A stretch of 63,998 bases of DNA, counting the filler, from Porpidia crustulata (Eukaryota): NCBI GenBank assembly GCA_964255105.1. It is 11 parts of 11 records of this genome, joined end to end, with 100 filler letters (N's around TTAATTAATTAA, not from the genome) between each part and the next. Parts side by side here need not be neighbours in the genome. Positions count along the whole stretch, not along the records: positions 11,699 to 17,444 come from CAXUWE010001716.1; positions 17,545 to 23,289 come from CAXUWE010001717.1; positions 23,390 to 29,132 come from CAXUWE010001718.1; 8 more parts are not named here. The stretch is one strand, 5' to 3'. Below are positions 13,061-24,767 of the stretch, piece by piece. Within the stretch, counting starts at the first letter, position 1. Every line of letters starts with the position of its first letter. The notes under the pieces are model-generated. The model had not been told where the DNA came from. It saw only the letters and a program-made list of their open reading frames with translations, and made no database searches. The position numbers were made by a program, and so were the translations under genes.

Positions 13061-14527
13061 ATGGATACTTCGATGATAATGGCATCGGCTGAAAGCCGCC
13101 ATCAAGCTTCAACATTCGATCCACGCCAAACTCTACTTCAAGACATTGACATGAGCATGTCAATATTCACACCTTCGAGTTTGAGCTACCCCTTAAGCTA
13201 TTTAGATACAAGCCTCGGGTATGACCGGAATGCCGCTGGGGACTTACGACCCAACCCATTCTACAGCAACGCGCCTCCAGCGCAATTCTTTATACCGCCG
13301 TCATTCACCCACACACAAGGGATACCGGAGGTTAGGGAAGCACGGAACGCAGTCATTGGCATCAGCGGTAGTCCGACCATTAAGGCCGAGGAAGTGTCTT
13401 GGGGAAAGGACGCGCCGGTCTTCCACAGTATCTTGGCGCATAAACCCCAAACGCCAGTGGCCGGCCATGACGTGGCCTTCGGCACCGACGTGGATACCCT
13501 GGTGCGCGCGATTCAGAAGAAATCGGCCATTAAACACCATAGAGTCCGGAATCTGCTCACCTATCATTGCAACGGCCCGACGTCTAGTGATTCTGACGCT
13601 TCATTCAAGAGGAACTCCAAGGCGTTGGATCTTGGTCGTAGTATGCAAGCATCGAGGAAGAAATATCAGTGTTCCATGCCGACCTGTACCAAAACTTTCT
13701 TCCAGAAAACGCATCTCGAGATACATCTCCGAGCACACACCGGCTGCAAACCATTCGTCAGTAATATCTGTCTCCGATTGAATCGCCGCGCCGATGCTTA
13801 TCAAATTTACCTATAGCTCTGCAAAGAAGTATCGTGTGGGCAACGTTTCTCTCAACTAGGAAATCTCAAGGTGAGTGGATTCGTTCTGGTTTGGTACGAG
13901 GCAAGGCTCTAATTGAGCCTAGACTCATGAGCGTCGACATACGGGCGAACGGCCTTACTCCTGCGAGATGTGTGGCAAGAGATTTGCGCAGCGCGGCAAC
14001 GTGCGAGCTCACAAGATCGTACACGAGCAGATCAAGCCATTTTCATGCAAACTTGAAGGCTGTGGTAAATATTTTACGCAGTTGGGAAATCTCAAGGTAC
14101 GGCTTGTCAGCCGTATCGTTCGGAATCGCCACTGACCCTTTATCAGTCGCATCAGAACAAGTTTCACTCGGAAATTCTTCGGAACCTGACGCTCAAATTC
14201 GCCTTGATGCGGGAAGGGGACGCAGTGTCGGCGACAGATAAGGAGCTATGGGAATATTTTGCGACCTTGTACAAGAACAGCAATAAGGGCATCAAGGGGC
14301 GGGGCAAGGACCGCCGGATCTTTGCAAGCCCCAAGGAAGGCGAAGAGGTGAAACGAGAGGGTCGAACTGAACGCTCGAGCAGTTCAAGCTCGGGCCGAGA
14401 CTCAGCCGGGATGTTTGACCCTGGGCGAGAGAAAGACGAATTAAGCAGCAACAGCAGCGTAGAGAACGATGAGCACGAGGTAGAGTATACGATCGGAAAG
14501 GAATTGGCAGACGCGCGCCAAACTTGA
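13061..14527 (+). CDS. AZF1: C2H2 zinc-finger transcription factor, Azf1-like
   Basis: [13 protein letters not shown]; four C2H2 fingers across three introns ([59 protein letters not shown]); [20 protein letters not shown]. Confidence 0.9.
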
Positions 14528-15656
14528 TGAGACGATCACGAGATACGACGGGACGACTGATACGAATAGGGGTTGGGTCGAAGTCCTGGCTGGTGAAAGG
14601 TTTGGCCAGGTGTCGAGGGGTTACGGGGAAGGAAATGCGCTAGAGATGAAGCATCGATAAGGGTTGGCACAATGCCGACGAGTATGGCTTAAAACGTGTA
14701 TTTAGTTGTGTGTATCTGAACATACGTGACATGGCTTGGTATGGTTGTTATGACTGCCATGATTGCCAACGAACGCCACGGTTCAAAGATGTTGGAAAGC
14801 GGGCAACATCCATATTTTCGATTGCATACTTGGATCTGCAAACAACTTCTGCAATGGTCGAGATACATGGGTCAAGGCAACGACAACCAGCACTGGGCCG
14901 ATTTTTCTCTGTTTGTCGTGGTGGAATCAGCTTTAAAGACGGTCGACCGCATCAACAGCTTATAACGTTTAAAGGGAAAGAAGCGGTGGAAGGAAGGTCG
15001 AAAAGCCAGAGATCAGGTGATAATACTCTGCACGTGATCTATGGCATGGTAGGGAAGTACCTTACCTAGGTGCTTATTCCCCCATGCCGAAGATGGAACC
15101 TCGCACAAGGTGACAAGTACCTTTGGATCTAGGCTCTAGCCAAGGTTATCGCATTGAGCCCGCGCTAATACTGATTTGATAGGTACCTTACACGGCAGAA
15201 AAATAGCCGAAGTTGACGCTGTGGCATGATGGTCCAGAATCTGCCAATTGGCGGCTGTGATTGGCTTGAGGCCCTGAAGCCTTAAAAAGGGCCCCCCCCC
15301 TCACCGCCTCACATCGGGACCTTAGAAAGGACCGTTGAAGTTTTCACCCCAAAGTAATTATACAAATTATACTCCTGTCGGGTTAGCTACGGGGGACACT
15401 GTCATTAACTGTCTGACCGCGTTAAGCTACATCGAATCCTTTCGGCTTGTTGCGCCTCGCTCTTTATCTAATTATCGTTATTGTTACTGCTCCTCTATCT
15501 TACGCCCTTAGTCGGTCCTTTCAAAGAAATTCAAAGAAAGTCCTCCTTTCCATCCTACCTCCATCAGCTGCCTCGCCAGTCAAGTACGCGGCCATTGTCT
15601 TTATTCGACTGACAAGCGGTTTGTTCCCACCGCTTCTGCGGTATCAGGACATCGAG

Positions 15657-16830
15657 ATGGATATCGTTCTGGAGGTATTCGACACTTTTATCTTTGATCG
15701 CCTGTATGCCGGCTTGCTACCAAAATCCTCTCTCTTCTATACGTCAACAGCCCCTAAGAATGCCTCATCAACCTTTACCAGCATGCGCGAGCTTCCTACC
15801 GCCGTACACTGCTCTTCGAGCCAATTCGTCCAGCTCGCTCCGTCACAGTATGCATACATGAGTGCTTGGCCAAGGGATAATATATTAAGGCAAACTCTGA
15901 CTCTGTACCTAATCACATGGTCTGTCTTTACCCTGACCCAGCAGTATAAACATGCTGACCGACTTTCGTCTTAGGCTCTTCGGCGCTGTGGTTTACTTCA
16001 TCTGCGCAACTCTCTCGTATTTCTTCATCTTCGACCACGCAACCTTTACCCACCCTAAATACCTCAAACATCAAGTCAGTCTCGAAATCAAACAGAGCTT
16101 GATTGCCATGCCTTTCATAGCTCTATTCACTACGCCTTTCTTCGTTACTGAAGTACGTGGCCATGCAAAATTCTACGATGGCCCCACAGATGCTCCCTTC
16201 TTCCTTTACAACTACATACAGATCCCGTTCTTCGTTGCCTTCACCGACTTCTTCATATATTGGATCCATAGGGGTCTACATCACCCGAAGATTTACAAAA
16301 CCTTACACAAGCCGCATCATAAGTGGATCATGCCAACGCCGTTTGCGAGCCATGCGTTTCACCCGCTGGATGGTTTTGCTCAGAGTGTGCCCTATCACGT
16401 TTTCCCTTTCATATTTCCCCTGCAAAAGTTCGCCTATATTGGGCTGTTCATATTCGTGAATATATGGACCGTTTTCATTCGTAAGCGCTTGGCTTCTGCG
16501 CCTGTCCGATCATGTACTGACTTTCATGTCTCCACAGACGACGGAGAATACGTAGCCAACTCGGGCATCATCAATGGTGCAGCGTGCCACACCATGCACC
16601 ACCTCTATTTCAATTACAACTACGGCCAATTTACGACGCTATGGGACCGTCTGGGCGGTTCATACCGCCAACCAAACGACGAGCTGTTCAACCGCCAGTC
16701 GAAAATGAGCAAGGCGGAGTGGGAACGGCAGTGCAAGGAAATGGAGACGGTGCAGAAGCAGGTTGAGGGCGAAGATGACCGGAGTTATGAGGACGAATCG
16801 ACCACATTGCAGCAGAAGAAGATCATCTGA
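15657..16830 (+). CDS. ERG3: C-5 sterol desaturase
   Basis: MDIVLEVFDTFIFDRLYA; His boxes IHRGLH, HKPHH, HTMHH; YNYGQFTTLWDRLGGSYR; two introns. Confidence 0.96.
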
Positions 16831-18077
16831 ATTGTGCGCCAAGAAGGGTGAGAGGACCAAAGCGGGCTACGTTGGGGTGGCAGAGGCAGGCGCCGCCTGG
16901 GGACAAAGTGTCCGACAGGCAGGATAGGAATTGGACATCGTAAATAGGATCGGGACCGTGGAGGCTTGGAAATGAGACATGGGAGAGTGCCGCTCTTTTT
17001 GTTTTCTACGGCGCCACGGCGCCACCAATCCGGTCCCAAAAAGGGGCAGGTACCGTTTATACCATTCAACGGCGACGTTTTCGAATCCGCCAACTGATTA
17101 CCCCCCCTCCCATCGGGTGCTTGGAGCATTTTAGTGCGAGCATGGCATTATTAATGTTGGTCCTTGGTGTAAATTTTGGGGAAAGGGGAACCTTCACTGG
17201 TGAATCCAAAAAATTCGAGGATGATTCGTTCAAGGCTGCATGTAATCGTTGTTTGTACTCGCCTGGTTGATCGCCTCAAGGCTCGCGGGCCCTTCATTCA
17301 TTCTGTTTGGCCTCCGGCTTTTTGTCTCTCTCTTCAAAGGTAATTGATCCTAATAGACCCGATCCTGTAATGTGAGTACCGTCCAGGCGCATGTCCCCTC
17401 CCTACCCCGCTGGAAAACCCTCCATTTCAGGAAAGGGAGATGGANNNNNNNNNNNNNNNNNNNNNNNNNNNNNNNNNNNNNNNNNNNNTTAATTAATTAA
17501 NNNNNNNNNNNNNNNNNNNNNNNNNNNNNNNNNNNNNNNNNNNNCCCGGTCCCGTCTTGGGGCGGCCGTCGGCCATGGGCCCGCACATATCTGACGAAAA
17601 ATGAATTTTTGTTTTATTGGATTCTTTTCGTCACGGATTTTTATTTTGGATTTCTTTGTATATTGTCATCGCAAATTTTTGCCACTTGCTTTTTCCCCTT
17701 TCCCCTTTCCCCTTGGCTTTCTCTGGCCTTCCCCTGGCCTTCCCCTTTCCCTTCCACTTGGCTTCACTTGTTTCCTCATCATCAGAATTTCTCACCTCAC
17801 GGTATTTTTTCACATCATGATATATTGGTTAAACACGCCGATGATGACGGATATCAACGATGAAGAAAGGAAACGGGCAAGGAAAAGGGACGATTTCTGA
17901 ATCTCAATGTTTGAGGTAGATTGGGTTTGGTTTTGGGTTTGGTTTTGATCTTGATTGAGGTTGGTCGACAGGTTTCTCGATAGAATTTATCCAACCAATA
18001 TTCCTACCGTCGTACCAGAGCATCAAGAGACATTTAGCGCTTTATCGATATAATCATGCATATCATCATCCCAATCC

Positions 18078-18143
18078 ACTTTCATCCCTTTCTTTTGCAC
18101 CTTTCCAACCCACTTTCATCCCTTTCTTTTGCACCTTTCCAAC
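18078..18143. repeat. 33-bp tandem duplication
   Basis: cactttcatccctttcttttgcacctttccaac occurs twice in tandem. Confidence 0.85.
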
Positions 18144-19660
18144 CCTTTCCACCCTTCTCCATCCCATCGAGAGAGTACGCATGGTTTTATCCAGTAGTCT
18201 TTCATACAATTCCACCACAGACAAATCGACATGCGCTCCACAGAGCGCGCGACGGATTGCATTAGGTTTTGGGCATTTTCATGGGTCTTTGTACAATGAT
18301 GAGGATATCCTGTCCGAGATTTTGGGCTTGGTTGGGTTTGGGTTAGATTTTTTTTGGGTCTGGGTGGTAAATACTTTATGAAACAGGAATGTTTGATGTT
18401 TTAATATGGTGAGGATATGGTTTTCAATTAAGAGTTAGGTCGTCAGATGATGTTGATCAAATGGTACAGACGCGGGAATGGAGGGGAGTATTTGAGCTTT
18501 GAATCTTCTTGAAATGTTGTATTTTCGCAAAATGACAATTTGTTCACGATGATTTTTGGTGCTGTGACACACACATGTATCATCAAGACGCTAGCACGAA
18601 AATTGAGCCTCAGGCATTCCAAAGCCAAACAAACATTAGCCGAAAAGGCCCCTGCTACTTTTAGTTTAGTGGACAAATAATTTGGCGCAAATTGATCTGA
18701 TTGGATGACCGGCAGACATGGGGTTCAGTTCCGGGATTAGCTTGGACACGATGAGGATCAGCGAGCTAAATCTCGTTGCCTTGAATGTGTGTGTTGATGA
18801 GGAGGCCTGGACGGCAGAGGTCTAGAGAGGAGATGAGATACCGTGGTGAATTTGGATGGCGATGAGATTGATAGTGGTGTTGAGTGACGATGGCCGTACG
18901 GTCGTGAGACAGCCATCAAGAATCTCATTGAAGCTCGAGACACAGATCAGTAAATTGCCAGGGCATCGCGAAAAAAAGGGGGTCACAGTGTGTGATTTGT
19001 GACGGCATCACTTTTCTTCCGCCCTGTTGGTCGGAGACCAAATCAAAACATCAAACGGCTGTCTCGAGAGATCTCCCACGCACTGTCGGCTGGTCCTTGA
19101 TCACGCTAGTCTTAATAGGGTAAGACCGGGAGGCCAGTGTCCCAATTTGCTGGGCGAACTGAAGCGCCTCTTTTGTTTATCCAAGGTTCAGCCTGGTGAT
19201 AGTCGGCTCCAGAGTCCAAGACTATCTTGATTATTCCCCCTTTTCTTCAACTCTAGCTCTCGTATCGGGCATCTCACTTCCTACGTTCCTGGTGTTCTAA
19301 ACACTCATCCATCTCAGTCTTCATCGTGACCATCATTGGCTTGATTTACGTCCAAGACATCGGTTAGAAGCACACCAGTCACGACAAAGACCGCGCCGAC
19401 CAATCAGCACTGCCGACCGGGATCTGCTATCCCTTGGGGAAAAGCTGCTGCAGCCTGCATTCCAACGCATCTCCTTACCGTCAAATCATCCAATAGCTTA
19501 CCCGGACCCTTTTACCACGCATTCTTGCCATCAAACCGTCTAAACAAATCATCCCCATACATCACCATCGCAACGGTCTCAACACCGCTTTGCTCGCGGT
19601 ACCACATCCACTGCTCCACGTTACTCAAGCTGTACATGCTGTACTCGAAATAACCTCATC

Positions 19661-21080
19661 ATGCCCTACAATACCCGTAGGAAATCGTTGTCGCTGCCGT
19701 CCCTGGGCATCCAGTTGCCTAACGCCTCACGCGCTCACCGCCCTTCCATCAAAACCCCTGTCGCCGCAGAGGCAGAACCTCCAACGAAGAAGGTGAAGCG
19801 GTCGCATACATCAAGCTTAACATCTCCCATCTCACCAGCTCGACCACACTCATCAACTGCATCGCCAGCGACCAAAGTTGTCTCCTTTGCCGAACGGCCG
19901 CGGAGCAGCGGCAGGAATGCATACGAAAACACACCACCACCTTCACCAGGTGCCGAACACCACAGCAAGATTGATACAGATGGAATACATGATGACATCG
20001 TTGTCGGGGTGATTGAACAACTCGAAAAGACGGGGAACAGACCACATCTGATCAAGGAGCTGGCCACGGTTCTATCGACCACCAGTGATGCTGTCGCAAG
20101 GCAAGCATCGTCGGTAAACGTTTAAGAAAATCCACTGACGTCTCTGTAGCTCCGCGAACCCATCTGCCCTGTTATCATCACGATTAGCAGCCTACATTCG
20201 CCGCTCAGGCTGGACCGCCTTGTCTCCATGTCCACTCGGCAAGGAGCTTATTCCGATTCATCCGCGAAAAGTCTTTTACTTCCTGACCACAACAAAACGA
20301 CAAGAAATACCTGCCGACTCATCCGACATCTTCACCTCACCCCTTCTGTCATGCATAAGCTCGGGAAATAAGGGCGGCAAGCGCATCATATCCCCTAGCC
20401 TCAGTAATGCAAGCATTGATGAAGACGTTGAGAGTGCCGAAGAACGAAAACGTGAAGCTCTAAGTCCGAGTCCGGAAGTCGATCTCTCAGCGCCTGAACT
20501 AGATGCCCTGGTTTCGGGTGTGGACGATGATTTCACCACACCACCAACGCCTGGAGGATCATCTTTTTCAGGACGATCAAGTTTAGCAAGAGACGGTAGC
20601 AGTGGTGCCTCGGAAGGACTGAGTCTCGTCCATAACCATCGTGCCACAAGTCCACCACTTGAGGGCGATGAGAAAGAATTCACACAAACGGCTAGTAGCA
20701 TGCGAATGAGAGGCATGAGCCTTGATGAACCAAATGTAAGACCGTCGACCGAAACACTTTTCCCTGCAGCAGACATCATGCAGGTGGAGGAAACGGAGGA
20801 AGAGAAGGCAAACAGAAATCGAGAAGTTGCAGCGGCCCTTTTTGGTGGGCATCACTTAAGTACGCAAGAAGTCGGACTCGGGATCATGAGTAGTTCACCG
20901 GTAAAGTCTACGCAGCTGGCCATAAAGGAAGAAGTCAAGAGAGAAGACATGGATGTGGATATGGATGCGAAAGAATCGGTATCGATACTTGGAGACCGAG
21001 GATTCGGTGCAAGCTGGGATATGCGAGAACCCGAGAATATTGAGCTGGATGAATTGGACGACCTGTTTGGTGGATTCTGA
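19661..21080 (+). CDS. Conserved fungal protein with probable Gds1-like winged-helix domain
   Basis: MPYNTRRKSLSLPSLGI start; DDIVVGVIEQLEKTGNRPHLIKELA..SANPSALLSSRL..IHPRKVFYFLTT; one GC-AG intron 20101-20149 restores frame; ends ELDELDDLFGGF. Confidence 0.8.
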
Positions 21081-21750
21081 GCGTTCCCATTGATCTCTCC
21101 CTTGCTGCTTCTCCTTCCTCCACAAGCCATGCACCCATGTTATACCCACCTTCTCAACACTGGCGAATCAGAATGGTAAAGGCCGGGCGCTTTTTTGCTT
21201 GTGTAATAGAACAGGATGCAGTAGCTAAAGATGCAATACTGGCCTCAGAATCCCTGAATCCCTGACCTCTAATTTATGGATTTGTCTCAGCTCTGATGAA
21301 ATTGAGCTGCCCAATGTATGATTGATGCCCCATTATGCGTGGATTTGGCTTTAAGAAATAGTGCTGGGATCACAGTGACACAGCTTCTCCTACTGGCTAG
21401 AGTAGTCCAGCTTAATATATGCATTCCAACTTGTGCCTCCGTAGAGATTGGGTAGCCATTCTGCTTGGTGTGGATGATGCTGGTTGGGCTGCAGTGAATA
21501 CGGCGAGCTGTAAGGTCGAATCTGCAGAAGCAAAAGCTCGGTGATCCGCCATGCGCTCCATTTGCCAACACTTCACAACTCTCACCACCCACCACCGCGA
21601 TCCATAACATCGCGGACTACATCCATCAAGGAAACTCTCCATTGGGTTGATTCGAAAGGAAGCAGATCCTTTGACGTCCCTTGTACTATCTCATACGAAA
21701 GTCCCATAATCGTTTGCCTTCAAACCGCAATATCCTACCCAGGACCCACC

Positions 21751-23289
21751 ATGGCTGCTGAAGTATCTTCAACCCGCTTGTACCTGGGCAATCTTCCTCG
21801 CGATGGTACGCAAATCTGAACCCCAAGCTCTCTCATACTCTGGCGGGATATTCTTTGTGCCTCGGGTCATGGCTTGGGCGTAGAAGCTCTTCTGCTGTTG
21901 GCTTGGCCGCTGGTTTCGATGGCGCTTCTGGGCACACAACACTGGCTTCATGGGATTCGAGAGGATATTTCCGTGATGACCAACTACTTGCCATAGAGGT
22001 CCATGCACCGGACACTGCTGACTATTTCAACCTGCGCTGCAGTGACCAAGGAAGACATCCAGACCCATTTCAAGGATGGCACTGGTAACATCACCGAGGT
22101 CAAGCTCATGAACGGCTTTGGCTTCATCGAGTACGATGATGCTATGGATGCCAGAGATGTAGTTCCTGGTAAGTTGATCCGTTCTTGGACGAAAGATTGT
22201 CCGCTGACGTTCACCTTAGCCTTTCGTACGGTTAAGTCCTTCACCCTAGGGCCGAGTAACATATTGATATAGTTTGAAAATCTAGATGGTTCTGATCTCA
22301 ATGGATCTCGTTTGACCGTTCAATTCGCACGTGGTTCTCGCCAGCGGGATACCTTTGCTCAACCTGACCGTACCCACCCACGTCCGAGGCGCACGGCATA
22401 CCGCATGCAGATCACTGGGCTTCCGGGAGAGACAAGTTGGCAGGTTAGCTGAACTCTCCACTACCCTTGTTCTTGGTTCTTGGTTCTAGGATCCAAGGAC
22501 GTCTTCTGCTTGGATCTTTCGTTTCCACGAGTGTCTGAATGAGATGGTTCCATTCCAGCATCTGTCATGCTCTGCTATTTACACGAGCCTATGTCGTAGT
22601 CTGCGGGAGTCCCGTACTACTCTCCCAATTATGCTGGCCTACGTTGTCCTCGGTATACATCCAATTGGACTGCCAAGTTACAAATACCCCCACGTCATCA
22701 TTTCCTCTTCATGTACATATAGATGTTCTATACATGCTTGCGAGATATTGTATCTGTTAGAGACTTCTCGGTTCAAGCTGGCCATTCCTGGTATGCACGA
22801 AGGAGTCGCTGGGAGTGTTTCCCTAAGGATCGCTGGGCTATAAACCTACATTCAGGACTGGACTTGGACTTACTTGGGCCCGCAGGACTTGAAAGATTTC
22901 GCACGTCGCTCCGGACTCGAAGTCGTCTATTCAGAGGTTGGACGTGACCGCGATGGCAAAGGGTAAGTGGGTCGATCCTACTGGCGAAGCAACTACTGAT
23001 ACACTTAGGTTTGTTGAATTCGAGACTGCAGCCGACCTAAAGACCGCGGTCGATAAGCTTGATAATAAAGATTTCAAAGGCTCCAATGTCCACTGCATTT
23101 CTGATGTATGGATTGTACTCCTCTAGCCTTATCATTACTGACCAATGTAGCAACAAGACGAAGTCCCCCGTAACGACCGCTACCGTTCCCGCTCACCGCC
23201 TCCCGGGCGTCGCGGCGGTTACCCTCCTACAGATGGCTACTACGGGCGTCGTGATGGTCCCCCACCCCATGGCTATAGTCCCCGTCGTG
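21751..23289 (+). CDS. SR-family pre-mRNA splicing factor (Srp2/SRSF4-6-like; RRM plus pseudo-RRM plus RS-like tail), 3' truncated by contig end
   Basis: RLYLGNLP, GFGFIEY, LTVQFARG, SWQ|DLKDFAR pseudo-RRM signature, GFVEFET, RYRSRSP; introns 21806-22042, 22169-22219, 22226-22285, 22444-22885 plus two short ones. Confidence 0.92.
21857..22017 (+). ncRNA. Candidate intronic structured RNA (H/ACA-like layout) in SR gene intron 1
   Basis: GTGCC..GGCAC stem, ACAACA (ANANNA) at 21936-21941, CTGG/CATGG..CCATG/CCGG stem, ACA at 22012-22014; folded by eye only. Confidence 0.3.
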
Positions 23290-24000
23290 NNNNNNNNNNN
23301 NNNNNNNNNNNNNNNNNNNNNNNNNNNNNNNNNTTAATTAATTAANNNNNNNNNNNNNNNNNNNNNNNNNNNNNNNNNNNNNNNNNNNNGGTGGCGAGGG
23401 TCATGAGTGGTGCGACTAGTCACGAGCTGGAGGAGACCGAGACGTCGTTACAGTAGCGGCTCATAGAACTTGATTCTCAAATATCTGACTAAAGTAACTT
23501 CGTGGATCGGACGCTATCTCGGGGGACTGACTCGAGCGCTCTCTTTCGACTCAGGTGGAAGCCCATGGCTATTGCTTGATGTTTGAAGAGTGGTAGACTC
23601 GAGCCAGGTGGATCGGAACAAGGAGACAGTGCAGTAGGTGCTTTTGGTGGAGGATATTGGTGTACTTAGGAGAAGTCGAGCGAGGGTGAAGTGCGGGTGA
23701 CAAGTAAAGAAATATCCTCCACGCCTGCGCCTATGCACGAGATTGCTGAGGGAGACAGCGACATCCCGAGTCTGACATTAGAAATACAGTCGGGTCTGCG
23801 GCCCTAGGGTATCAATCCTGAAGATGTTCGAGCATCCTCCAAATTAAGATTAGGAAACTGCAGCTTGCCAACCATTTTTCGCACATCGTCTTCGGTCCAC
23901 CGCTGTCCTTCAAAGGTATCTGCTTCGCTGTCTGTCATTCCGTTCCTTGATGTTGGTGCGCACAGATGCAGGCTATGTCGGATCGTCGTAAAGAGGCAGT

Positions 24001-24767
24001 CTACCAGCGGCCACCGCCACCGCCGCCCTGCTGGCTGTCGTAACCTCCTCCACCGCCGTAGGATTGGCCACCGCCAGAGTAGTGTTGGCCTCCACCACCA
24101 CCGTTGTAGCCTGCATGACGAATTAACTCGAGTACGTCAGCATCTGGGGACCTAATGAGTTCATACCTCCACCACCACCGGAGCGACCACCTTGATCGTA
24201 ACCACCTCCCGTAGGACGGTCAGCACTTTTGAGCATTTAGATGTCAGAAGTCGTACCATAATTACCTCCACCGCCACCATAGCCTCCTCCGCCGCCACGG
24301 CCGCCACCATCTCCTCCACGGCCTCCGCCGAAGCCTCCACCTCCCGCGCCACCGCCAGCGCCGCGTTCGGAAGCTTTATCAACGCGAATGGTACGACCAT
24401 CGAATCTTACTCATTAGCTTTGAGGTGTTACAGATGTGAAAGGGTATTACATTGAACTCACTCAACGTTGTTCATGGAAGAGATTGCGGCGTCAGCGTCG
24501 GAATCTTGACCATAGCGGACAAAGCCGAAACCACGACTACGGCCAGTATCGCGATCTTTGACAACAATCTGTAGTTCAATTGTCAAGATATTGCAGTAGC
24601 GCAATCATTTCAACCAGACTTACGGCTTCTTCGACCGCACCGAACTCTTCAAACTTGGCACGTAGCGCACTATCGTCGGTGTGCCATGCTAGGCCACTGA
24701 CTTCCGGTTAGCGGTCGGCATGTACAGGACTGAGGTCAAAGACTAACCCAATGAACAGTTTGGACAT
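24001..24767 (-). CDS. Glycine-rich RNA-binding protein (single RRM plus G/Y-rich tail)
   Basis: [52 protein letters not shown] tail ending GGRW TAG; several short introns. Confidence 0.93.

Noticed and set aside
16860..17900. Short ORFs around the third spacer
   Set aside because: Low-complexity, homopolymer-rich contig ends with no recognisable domains.
22226..22285. [D5,6] stwintron (GTACG|GTTAAG...TAG|T)
   Set aside because: Removing the inner intron would leave an 18-nt outer intron, too short to splice.
21751..24767. SR protein and glycine-rich RRM gene as an RNA-binding gene cluster
   Set aside because: Separated by an artificial spacer between size-sorted contigs.
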